This document shows, one piece after another, positions 56,583-64,000 of a stretch of DNA of 64,000 nucleotides; the stretch's first letter is position 1; each line of letters starts with the position of its first letter. The notes below the pieces were generated by a model that made no database searches, was not told where the DNA came from, and saw nothing but the letters and a program-made list of their open reading frames with translations. The stretch lies in the sequence record OP599913.1. One strand, 5' to 3'. Both the position numbers and the translations under genes were made by a program.

Positions 56583-56665
56583 TCTTACTTAGGGGTAGGC
56601 AACTACCCCTTCCCCGATCCTGGGTTATTCTCTGCTGGATCGGAATAATAAACGGTGAGGATGCC

Positions 56666-56830
56666 ATGAAACCTAAAGTCGAACACCCCAAGGTTCCCTA
56701 TACCCCCTTCTTAACCTTTCCCGAATACCTTGTTGCTACCGATGTGAAGCTACAGGTTAAGGTGTTTAAGAAGGAATTGGAACGGATTAAGGACGATCCC
56801 ACTCACGAACTGAATACCTTGGTCCTGTAA
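56666..56830 (+). CDS. Small protein (54 aa, not in ORF track)
   Basis: GAGG RBS; MKPKVEHPKVPYTPFLTFPEY...; followed by hairpin 56831-56875. Confidence 0.55.
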   Translation: MKPKVEHPKVPYTPFLTFPEYLVATDVKLQVKVFKKELERIKDDPTHELNTLVL

Positions 56831-56906
56831 CCCGCTTAACCACCCCCACTCTGTAAAAGGAGTTGGGGTGGCGGGTGTTTATTTCTTTTAGTTTAAAACG
56901 TATTTA

Positions 56907-56925
56907 TTCTCAAACCTACATTATT
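56907..56925 (+). promoter_or_regulatory. Early-type promoter motif TTCTCAAACCTACATTATT
   Basis: Core AAACCTACATTAT exact; heads the 57-63 kb operon. Confidence 0.75.
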
Positions 56926-56976
56926 CATATGAATTGAGCAATATGATTATTGTTTAACCCAAAGGAGGAACACTTC

Positions 56977-57381
56977 ATGACAGACCGTTCGTTGAAAACT
57001 GACCGAGATGATGAATGCGGCGGGGGCCCGCTCACGAAGTTTGTCGACTACGTTACGAACAAAGACCATATACGGAACCATGAGAAATACTTGATGGGTC
57101 GGTATGCTCATGGGACTGAATCGGGACTGGAAGCGTGGATTAAATTCCAGTACGTCTTCGGGAGAGCGTTCGGTGAAGGGCACGTCGGGAATCTCAAGTT
57201 CAGGGTCTATTACGATTTCGATACAGGGTTCGAGTTGTTTTACGTTCCCTTTGCGTCCGGTCTCCGTCTGGAAAGACAGGGGGATGCACCTATGGTGTTC
57301 AGCCCAGATCCCAATCAACCGGGTAATGAGAAGGAGTTCATCAAATTCCTGGTTGAACATCAGGCTAATCGTCAGAAATAA
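56977..57381 (+). CDS. Hypothetical protein
   Basis: ATG 56977 with GGAGG RBS. Confidence 0.7.
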   Translation: MTDRSLKTDRDDECGGGPLTKFVDYVTNKDHIRNHEKYLMGRYAHGTESGLEAWIKFQYVFGRAFGEGHVGNLKFRVYYDFDTGFELFYVPFASGLRLERQGDAPMVFSPDPNQPGNEKEFIKFLVEHQANRQK

Positions 57382-57395
57382 GAACGGGTGTTACG

Positions 57396-57704
57396 ATGAT
57401 CAAATCCCCTGGGAGTCCTGAGGAAGAAGTTCCTATGATTCTTCCTAACGGAGAGTTCAATCCTAAATGGAGAACGTGGTACGGTAACCAATACGGCCTG
57501 AAACCTAAGGAGGTCAGTTATCATCAGGTGGAACGGGTTAAAAAGATGCCTGAACCAGATCTGGTGACGAAGTCGGGTAAACTGAATCCTGTTTGGATCA
57601 CCTGGTACCGGGTTATCAACAAGGTCACTACACCCACCGCTCGCAATGCAGGTAAAGCGATTCTTGCTTTACGAGCTAAACAGACTAAGGAGGAAACGGC
57701 ATGA
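57396..57704 (+). CDS. Protein with two copies of a 'GxxNPxWxTWY' motif
   Basis: 'LPNGEFNPKWRTWY' and 'VTKSGKLNPVWITWY'. Confidence 0.7.
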   Translation: MIKSPGSPEEEVPMILPNGEFNPKWRTWYGNQYGLKPKEVSYHQVERVKKMPEPDLVTKSGKLNPVWITWYRVINKVTTPTARNAGKAILALRAKQTKEETA

Positions 57705-57910
57705 GCACACGACGTTTAATGAACCGTCCGGCTGTAAAGCCACTGGGTCTCCAGTTTGATCGGGAAGCGTTGTGGTTGGCTCGTATCAGCTTCATGATGA
57801 CGATGGAGATAGGGACATCTCAAGGGGCTGAATTCCTAGCTGCTGAACGTCGGTTTAGCAAGGATGCCATTGAACTCACTACTCGTTTCCTCTCGGGTAA
57901 TAAGAACTGA
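57701..57910 (+). CDS. Hypothetical protein
   Basis: 69 aa, GGAGG RBS, ATGA overlap. Confidence 0.65.
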   Translation: MSTRRLMNRPAVKPLGLQFDREALWLARISFMMTMEIGTSQGAEFLAAERRFSKDAIELTTRFLSGNKN

Positions 57911-58084
57911 ATGTCAACTCTACGTGAAATAGCTGAATGGGTACGTGAGCAATCCTTAAAGACCCAGGAGAGTCAACAAAATGTCCCTGTCGCACCAATT
58001 CAAGAAATACCCGTTGGCAACGAGCTTCCGTCATACAGAAGTTCCGTGTTTCAATACGAAGATGTACGACTTGCCTCAAGTTAA
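57911..58084 (+). CDS. Possible 57-aa protein (not in ORF track)
   Basis: TGA-ATG junction; MSTLREIAEWVREQSLK... Confidence 0.45.
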   Translation: MSTLREIAEWVREQSLKTQESQQNVPVAPIQEIPVGNELPSYRSSVFQYEDVRLASS

Positions 58085-58190
58085 CGCTTCGTATGGGAAA
58101 TCCCAAGTCACACAGTTCTTGCTCAGACGGGCGCTGTTGAATAAAACGAAGTAATGTTCTGAACTAAAGAGAATAAGGAGTTCTGCGTTC

Positions 58191-58637
58191 ATGAAACACT
58201 TTATCTTTGCAATTCTGCTGTTCCCCGTGGTAGCGTTCGGTGCGGTTAACCGTGAGACCGCACTCAACGGTCCTGAGACCTACACCTGTGAAGGGTACAC
58301 TGACAACGAGGTGGATACCGTTGAGGGGAGTGATGAAGTCATAACGGACAATCCCATCCAGTGGGAAAGGACCGTGGTGCTTCGAACGACTCGGGGATAT
58401 GTAATCAAAGCGAATTCACTCTTCAAGGAAGATCAAATCCTGACGATAGAACCTTTGATTACGAAGACGGGGAACTATGCCGACAATGACACCATCATGC
58501 TGTTTAAGAAGTTCAACGATGTAGGAACCCCCTATTTCCTCCTCTTCGTTACTGATGATCCCACCGTCAGCAGTGAAGAGGAAGATGAGAACCCCATTGT
58601 CCGGGTCGTCACCATCGCACCCTGTCGTGTGAATTAA
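58191..58637 (+). CDS. Exported protein with Sec signal peptide
   Basis: 'MKHFIFAILLFPVVAFG-A'; two Cys near the termini. Confidence 0.75.
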   Translation: MKHFIFAILLFPVVAFGAVNRETALNGPETYTCEGYTDNEVDTVEGSDEVITDNPIQWERTVVLRTTRGYVIKANSLFKEDQILTIEPLITKTGNYADNDTIMLFKKFNDVGTPYFLLFVTDDPTVSSEEEDENPIVRVVTIAPCRVN

Positions 58638-58700
58638 CTCCCGGTGCAGAACAGGAGGGATAGCCCTCCTGTTCATCCACATTAAGATAGGACACGCCCT

Positions 58701-59183
58701 ATGACAATTCGTTTGGACATTCTCTCCGATGAGACCGGTATTGAGGGGATACGGGAGACTATCGTCGACTTCTCCACCCGACTGTTCGACTACGAGTTTG
58801 CCTTGTCGGGAATACCCACCCACCTCAAAGACCAATACGAAACCCCAAGCCCGACAAACGCTTATGACAAGCTCTTCGCGGATACGGATCTCTGTATTCT
58901 CGCCTTGGATGGGGATATGCCCATCGGGATGTTGCTGTCCGTCTACGAACGCCCCAATGCCATCGAAGTCTTGTTTGTAGAAGAGAAGTACCGGAATAAG
59001 CACGTCGGTAAGGTTCTGGTTGAACAATTCCACCGCATTAAGCTGGGTCATCCGATCTTTGTCACCGTAATGGCGTGGAATCCCTCTGCGCGTCGCTTCT
59101 ACGAACGGAATGGGTTTATCTTTAAGGAAGACAGCCAACATGAAGAACAGGCCTTAAAGGGCGCACGGTCTCTCCTGGATTAA
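58701..59183 (+). CDS. GNAT-family acetyltransferase
   Basis: 'LFVEEKYRNKHVGKVL' (acetyl-CoA motif A), 'NPSARRFYERNGF'. Confidence 0.88.
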   Translation: MTIRLDILSDETGIEGIRETIVDFSTRLFDYEFALSGIPTHLKDQYETPSPTNAYDKLFADTDLCILALDGDMPIGMLLSVYERPNAIEVLFVEEKYRNKHVGKVLVEQFHRIKLGHPIFVTVMAWNPSARRFYERNGFIFKEDSQHEEQALKGARSLLD

Positions 59184-59214
59184 ACCCTTACTTCCTACTC
59201 ACTTCCTAGCAACA

Positions 59215-59775
59215 ATGTTGGAGTCTAAGATGACTACGATTGTGTTCAGTAACCGCGTCCTTCCTCCTGTCTTCCGTTCGGTCCACGGGGTCTATGAATC
59301 CACGGCGATTAAAACCAAGGACGGACGACTCAAGTTGATAACGGGTTTCAGTTTCGGGAAAATGGGTGAAATCATTCGCGTAGGGTACATCGATCCCCAG
59401 AAACTAACTGATCCCCGGGAACTGAAAGCTTACCACGACAAGGTCTTGGAAGTCATTGAACTGTTCGAGAACTTACAGTTCTGGGTTAAACAAAAGATTC
59501 GAGAGTACGAGAGGGGTGGGTATAAGAGCGTACCCGAATACTGCTCCTTCGTACTCCAACAAGAATACCCCATCCTGATCCACGGTAAGGTTAAGGGAGC
59601 AGCGTTGAAAGTCGAGTTCTTTGGTAGAGACATCAATGAAATGGTTTTCTCGACCACGCTGAATAACCCTGATCTCGAACGTATCTTCCTCGATAAGCTG
59701 GCGGTCATCGTTGACGGTTTCCGGAATCACCTTTCTGACGTGGAAAATAACGTCACTCTGGATCAATTGTTTTAA
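59215..59775 (+). CDS. Hypothetical protein
   Basis: 186 aa; true start may be ATG 59230 (GGAG upstream). Confidence 0.7.
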   Translation: MLESKMTTIVFSNRVLPPVFRSVHGVYESTAIKTKDGRLKLITGFSFGKMGEIIRVGYIDPQKLTDPRELKAYHDKVLEVIELFENLQFWVKQKIREYERGGYKSVPEYCSFVLQQEYPILIHGKVKGAALKVEFFGRDINEMVFSTTLNNPDLERIFLDKLAVIVDGFRNHLSDVENNVTLDQLF

Positions 59776-59785
59776 GGAGAACGGT

Positions 59786-60256
59786 ATGAAATGGATTGTT
59801 TTGATCACCACACTCCTGGTTAGTCTGGCTGTGAAGGCCAACGAAGACAGCTTTGTCTGTCACCAATACGGGTTTACCCAAGACCCTGAGCGTTTCCATT
59901 CCCTGTCCATGAGTCCCCAGGTTAATACGTTCGACCTCACCGCCGACCGAGTAATCTACCAAGGGCGTTTGTTTATCGGGGTGGAACCCCGAGACTACGA
60001 CTTTGATGACACGGTCGTAACCTACCTGAATGCGGAACGCAATGAGATTTTGTACTTCTACTTAGTGGGCGAGCAACCTGAAATAGGGATCAGTCGCTTG
60101 GTAGAAGACTCGGATACGTTTTTCAGCGATAAAGCGCTGTTTACGCACTGTTCATTCATCCCTAAAGGAGGAAGCGACGTTGACGATGCTTCCCAACATT
60201 CATCTCGTGTTAAAACCGGAGGAATTAGCGGACTTATCCCCGTACGACATTTTTAA
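59786..60256 (+). CDS. Exported protein with Sec signal peptide
   Basis: ATG 59786 (AAGGAG); 'MKWIVLITTLLVSLAVKA-N'; two Cys near the termini. Confidence 0.7.
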   Translation: MKWIVLITTLLVSLAVKANEDSFVCHQYGFTQDPERFHSLSMSPQVNTFDLTADRVIYQGRLFIGVEPRDYDFDDTVVTYLNAERNEILYFYLVGEQPEIGISRLVEDSDTFFSDKALFTHCSFIPKGGSDVDDASQHSSRVKTGGISGLIPVRHF

Positions 60257-60407
60257 AGTAAAGGCAGTCAAAGACACGGGGATTGTTATCGCCCACGGCG
60301 CCCTTTGCTTTTTCATTAAAGGTGTCCCTCCGGGTATTAAGCCAGGGGACACTTTGTTCTTGTACAAGGACATGCTAATTCCGAAAGAACAACCTCTTTA
60401 CATTTAA
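60180..60407 (+). CDS. Hypothetical protein
   Basis: TTG start with AAGGAGG; overlaps the previous gene by 77 nt. Confidence 0.55.
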   Translation: MTMLPNIHLVLKPEELADLSPYDIFKVKAVKDTGIVIAHGALCFFIKGVPPGIKPGDTLFLYKDMLIPKEQPLYI

Positions 60408-60415
60408 GGTGACGT

Positions 60416-60748
60416 ATGACAGTCGAATTTATTCCCACACCTTTGATGATGCAACACATTACCTCAGGGTATAGTGAAATCAACCAACAGGGACGTACGG
60501 CTCTAGAGATCCAAGAGAAATCGAGTGGTGTACTGGAGCTAATACTTTTCAGTATGCAGCGGGTGAGCGATGCCTCGCGGACCTACGGGTACAGGTCCAA
60601 AGACTACCGAGAGGTCTCGGTCCGAGAAGAACAGTACCAGGCAGGCCTGGAGCTGCTCTATAAAGACCTTCTCCAGGCATTCGAAGCGAGGGTCGAAAAC
60701 ACCACCTCCACGCTCAAGAGTTTCAAGGACGAAAATGGGCTATGGTAA
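60416..60748 (+). CDS. Hypothetical protein
   Basis: 110 aa, AAGGTG RBS. Confidence 0.65.
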   Translation: MTVEFIPTPLMMQHITSGYSEINQQGRTALEIQEKSSGVLELILFSMQRVSDASRTYGYRSKDYREVSVREEQYQAGLELLYKDLLQAFEARVENTTSTLKSFKDENGLW

Positions 60749-61020
60749 AGGTTGAGGTTAAACACGGACTCTCAGACTCCCAGCGAGCGGTATTGAAAAC
60801 CCAATTGCTGGATGTGGGAGTCCGTGTGGTAACTCTGACGAGGGGAGGTAATGAAACCCTAATAGGGTATGTGTATGCCTTCAGTGGTAATAACCCTATT
60901 GGGGTTCAGCTTCGTTTACAGGATCCGTCACTTTCCCTGACGCCACAACAGCTAGCCAGTTTTAAGTTTGCGATACGGAAGGGGCGGTTTGTTCTAGAGA
61001 CACGCGGTAAGAAGAGGTGA
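60742..61020 (+). CDS. Hypothetical protein
   Basis: 92 aa, coupled to the previous gene. Confidence 0.6.
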   Translation: MVKVEVKHGLSDSQRAVLKTQLLDVGVRVVTLTRGGNETLIGYVYAFSGNNPIGVQLRLQDPSLSLTPQQLASFKFAIRKGRFVLETRGKKR

Positions 61021-61023
61021 ATA

Positions 61024-61503
61024 GTGAATGTGTTCACACAGTGGATTAAACGGGTCTTCAAACGTCAACAGGAGCCGCTCCTGAGTCAAGAGGAGACCAA
61101 CGCCCTCATTAAGGATGTAACCACGGACTACCTCAAAACCGTGGTGTCGATCGTGTTGAGGACTGTTCCCCATACCACGTTGGATGGTAAACCGAACCCT
61201 CGCTGGATTATGGGTGTCGCTCCAGGGTTCCCGGATTATGATGTCGAAGCACTGATCGGGGTCATTAACGGACTGCGTAAGGAAGAAGACGACGTCATCG
61301 ATGACTATGTCTTCCACCGGAATGAGTCGGCTAATTACCGGAATCTGGATGAAGAACTTCAACCGTTTATTAAGCCCGCCGTACGGTTCAATGAGAATAA
61401 CAAAATCGAAATCAAGTTACTGGGCGGTTGGAAACCTTTTAACCCCGCTGTGTCGGGTTCTGTACGGAGAAAAATGAATGAAGACAAACACTTCACCGTC
61501 TGA
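61024..61503 (+). CDS. Hypothetical protein
   Basis: 159 aa, GAGG RBS. Confidence 0.65.
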   Translation: MNVFTQWIKRVFKRQQEPLLSQEETNALIKDVTTDYLKTVVSIVLRTVPHTTLDGKPNPRWIMGVAPGFPDYDVEALIGVINGLRKEEDDVIDDYVFHRNESANYRNLDEELQPFIKPAVRFNENNKIEIKLLGGWKPFNPAVSGSVRRKMNEDKHFTV

Positions 61504-62026
61504 GTACATCATCAGTGAGAACGGTGACTGGTTCCATTTCAGTGGGTATTGGGGGATGTTCTCCCGGTGCTTGTGTCGGATGGGTGGGAAGTTCCATGAG
61601 GCCATCGATGTCTCGTTAACTCCGATTAATGTCTGGGAGTGGGAAGAACTGAAACAGGTTCGTATTCGTAAACACCGCACCACTGAGACCAATCCCTTTG
61701 CCTTTGCCCATTCGTTCCCCAAAGTACATTATGACCACCTGGTAGAAAAAGTAGGGGAGACGATTGCGCGCCTGCTGGTTCACGAGGATCTCTTGGCTGA
61801 AATAGACATGTCGTTGTTTCGCCACATGGACCGTGTGTGGGGATGGGGTGGTGGCGTGCCCTTTATCCTGGTGTGTAAAGAGCGAGACCGTTACCCTGAG
61901 CTCCTGGAACATTGGTTCACTGTATTGGATAACGAATCCGCGTACTTGAAAAGCATGGATGAGGACATGATGCAACGTTATCTCATCCATACTGAAAGCT
62001 GTCGGGCTAAAGCCCACTCTCACTAA
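61478..62026 (+). CDS. Hypothetical protein
   Basis: 182 aa, GGAGA upstream. Confidence 0.65.
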   Translation: MKTNTSPSEYIISENGDWFHFSGYWGMFSRCLCRMGGKFHEAIDVSLTPINVWEWEELKQVRIRKHRTTETNPFAFAHSFPKVHYDHLVEKVGETIARLLVHEDLLAEIDMSLFRHMDRVWGWGGGVPFILVCKERDRYPELLEHWFTVLDNESAYLKSMDEDMMQRYLIHTESCRAKAHSH

Positions 62027-62097
62027 TTCCGAACACCCGCTCCTATTCTTTACCTCGGAATGACAACTCAATCGTTAATGACCTATAAGGAACCTGA

Positions 62098-62358
62098 ATG
62101 ACTACCATCAAAGTCCAACAAAAACTGGGTCTGGCTGCTTTTGCTATCCTGTCGGACCAACTGAAAGCAGAAGGTATTCACGTGATTAACCCGGTAGAGG
62201 GCGAGGTGGTTACCGCTGACGATGTGGTTGGTAAAGTCCTGGCTGCCTTCAACCTGGGCAACAAGATTGAAGTGAACGCGGACGTCCCCGCTAGCAATAA
62301 AGGGGTGAATTACCGGTTCGAACGGATTGGGGGAGCGTACTACCTGGTCCGGAAGTAG
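62098..62358 (+). CDS. Hypothetical protein
   Basis: 86 aa, AAGGA RBS, biased codons. Confidence 0.7.
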   Translation: MTTIKVQQKLGLAAFAILSDQLKAEGIHVINPVEGEVVTADDVVGKVLAAFNLGNKIEVNADVPASNKGVNYRFERIGGAYYLVRK

Positions 62359-62424
62359 CTAACGACTCGCCCTCCTGCCTTATTGGCAGGGGGGTGTATG
62401 TCCTTTATTTGTTATGAGGTGGTT

Positions 62425-63087
62425 ATGTCAAGACAATCGTTGTTGGAATATGGAAGAGGGTGGTTATGCGACCAGGGTGGTGAGGGTAAAGAGGAATGGA
62501 CCGGGGGTGACGCGGTGTTCTACTCCATGAGTGTCAGTCCTTTAGCCTATCCCCCCACCACCTTTTGGACGGGTCGTTTCAATATCCACATGGAGAACAT
62601 CACTGTTCGGTTACATTCGCACGATAATGATCCTGAATTGGTGTTGTTCTTCAATAAGCTCAATCTACTGGAGCAGGGCGTACGGGAGTATTGCAAGGCG
62701 TTCAGAAAGGTCCTCAATAACCCGAAGAAACCCCTAAAGGAACCCGTCTATAAGCGACAGTGGCTCAACCCTGAGAACATTGAAGCGCCCTTCACGGGGC
62801 ATTATTTCTATTTCATCGACCAGGATAAGGCAGGTAGATTCTGCGTTGGGGATTGTCACCGGACCATCGTGATGTGGATGAACATTCACCACAATGATGG
62901 GATGGTCTTTAACAAAGCGTTGTTAGAAGTTCAACTCAGCGCTCTCCAATGCCTGGTGACCTATTTGAAGGAGGCTCAGGTTAAGATCAAGAGTCTTCGT
63001 AAGCAATACAAGGTCTTAGGTTGGGATAAACCCCAGGAGCTCCAGAGTGACTCACCCCCTGAGGACGTTCTTCCAGATCCCCAGTAG
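62425..63087 (+). CDS. Hypothetical protein
   Basis: ATG 62425 with GAGGTGG RBS. Confidence 0.7.
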   Translation: MSRQSLLEYGRGWLCDQGGEGKEEWTGGDAVFYSMSVSPLAYPPTTFWTGRFNIHMENITVRLHSHDNDPELVLFFNKLNLLEQGVREYCKAFRKVLNNPKKPLKEPVYKRQWLNPENIEAPFTGHYFYFIDQDKAGRFCVGDCHRTIVMWMNIHHNDGMVFNKALLEVQLSALQCLVTYLKEAQVKIKSLRKQYKVLGWDKPQELQSDSPPEDVLPDPQ

Positions 63088-63092
63088 AAATT

Positions 63093-63109
63093 AATAAACC
63101 TATATTACT
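63093..63109 (+). promoter_or_regulatory. Promoter variant AATAAACCTATATTACT upstream of chaperonin
   Basis: Matches the AAACCTA-ATTA core and contains TATTAC (phiKZ early consensus). Confidence 0.55.
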
Positions 63110-63151
63110 CAGGTGTAATGCAATTAGGTATGGTTTAACAGGAGTACGAAG

Positions 63152-64000
63152 ATGTCTCAAACGCTGCTGGTACATGGTGAAGATGCCCAAGGAATCATTA
63201 AACAGGTCTTGAGTGAGGTGTATGATGCCGTCACTTCGACCATGGGTCCGAATGGTCAATTGGTGATGATCAAGAATGGGGTCTCCACCAAGACCACCAA
63301 GGATGGGGTGACGGTAGCCCGTTCCATTCGCTTTGCAGATGAAACCCATGAATTGGTGAACCGGGTAATTACCGAGCCGGCTACGAAGACCGATGAGGAA
63401 TGCGGGGATGGCACTACCACCACCATCATGCTGACCCACGCGCTCTATCACCTGTTCAAGGACTTCCCAGGTTTCCAACACCACCGGAACATTGAAGACC
63501 TGGTAGAGCGGGTTATCCAACGTTTGGAATCCATGGCGATTCGGGTGGAAGTGGATGACCCTCGGTTGTATCAAGTGGCATTGACCTCGTCTAACCAGGA
63601 TGAAAAGCTCGCCCGACTGGTCAGCGACCTCTATGCGAAGAATAAAGGGAGTTATCCGGATATTGAACTCAAGGAAGGGGTCAACTTCGAAGACCAGATC
63701 GAACAAACCACAGGGCGCACTATCCGTATGTTCTACGCGAATCCCTGGTTTGCGAAAGGCCATCAAGGGGGTGTGACAGAATTAACAGGGTTTACGGCGT
63801 TCGTTATCGATCGTCGGATTGACAAGGAAGACACCCAGAAGTTGATTGATGGGGTGAATCACCTTGTGAAAACTCACAAACAACACCTGGTCCTTCCCAT
63901 CCTGCTGATTGCACGAAGTTTCGAAGAAGCTGCTAACTCGACCCTGATGCAATTGAATGCGGCGCACCCAACCCTGGTAGAAGATGGGCGCCCTTGGTTG
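63152..64000 (+). CDS. groEL: Phage GroEL-like chaperonin (EL gp146-like), truncated by window end
   Basis: MSQTLLVHGEDAQGIIKQVLSEVYDAVTSTMGPNG...TTKDGVTVA...GDGTTT; AGGAG RBS; missing from ORF track because it runs off the edge. Confidence 0.95.
   Translation, partial: MSQTLLVHGEDAQGIIKQVLSEVYDAVTSTMGPNGQLVMIKNGVSTKTTKDGVTVARSIRFADETHELVNRVITEPATKTDEECGDGTTTTIMLTHALYHLFKDFPGFQHHRNIEDLVERVIQRLESMAIRVEVDDPRLYQVALTSSNQDEKLARLVSDLYAKNKGSYPDIELKEGVNFEDQIEQTTGRTIRMFYANPWFAKGHQGGVTELTGFTAFVIDRRIDKEDTQKLIDGVNHLVKTHKQHLVLPILLIARSFEEAANSTLMQLNAAHPTLVEDGRPWL

Noticed and set aside
62098-62358. 86-aa protein near groEL as GroES
   Set aside because: No 'PLxDRV' or mobile-loop GroES motifs; separated from groEL by another gene and a promoter

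Overview
Gene-dense 64-kb segment of a phiKZ-related jumbo myovirus (Chimalliviridae). It is most likely a very close relative of Pseudomonas phage EL. The truncated chaperonin at the right edge matches my recollection of EL gp146 almost residue for residue, and there is a single tRNA-Thr, as I recall for EL. Left to right: (1) a core block with a ParB-N protein, DnaB helicase, major capsid protein and the gp123-like non-virion RNAP beta subunit; (2) an accessory block (10.4-21.5 kb) with an SspB-like ClpXP adaptor, a paralogue pair, tRNA-Thr(CGU), an octapeptide-repeat protein and two or three ORF-free, highly structured regions that look like unannotated RNAs; (3) a virion/lysis block with putative portal, baseplate, RuvC, holin-like protein, overlapped spanins, four paralogous fibre proteins and the central spike; (4) a DNA/nucleotide block with SbcC, two nucleotidyltransferase-fold paralogues, NAD-dependent ligase, RNase HI, a DHH phosphoesterase and an Acb1-like anti-CBASS enzyme; (5) a host-interaction block with a glycine-zipper membrane protein, two exported proteins and a GNAT, ending in GroEL. 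A recurrent promoter motif (AAACCTACATTAT) and a family of intergenic hairpins sharing CCTACC:GGTAGG punctuate the window. I found no CRISPR array, transposon, intein or reverse transcriptase. All homology calls come from motifs and recall, not from database searches.
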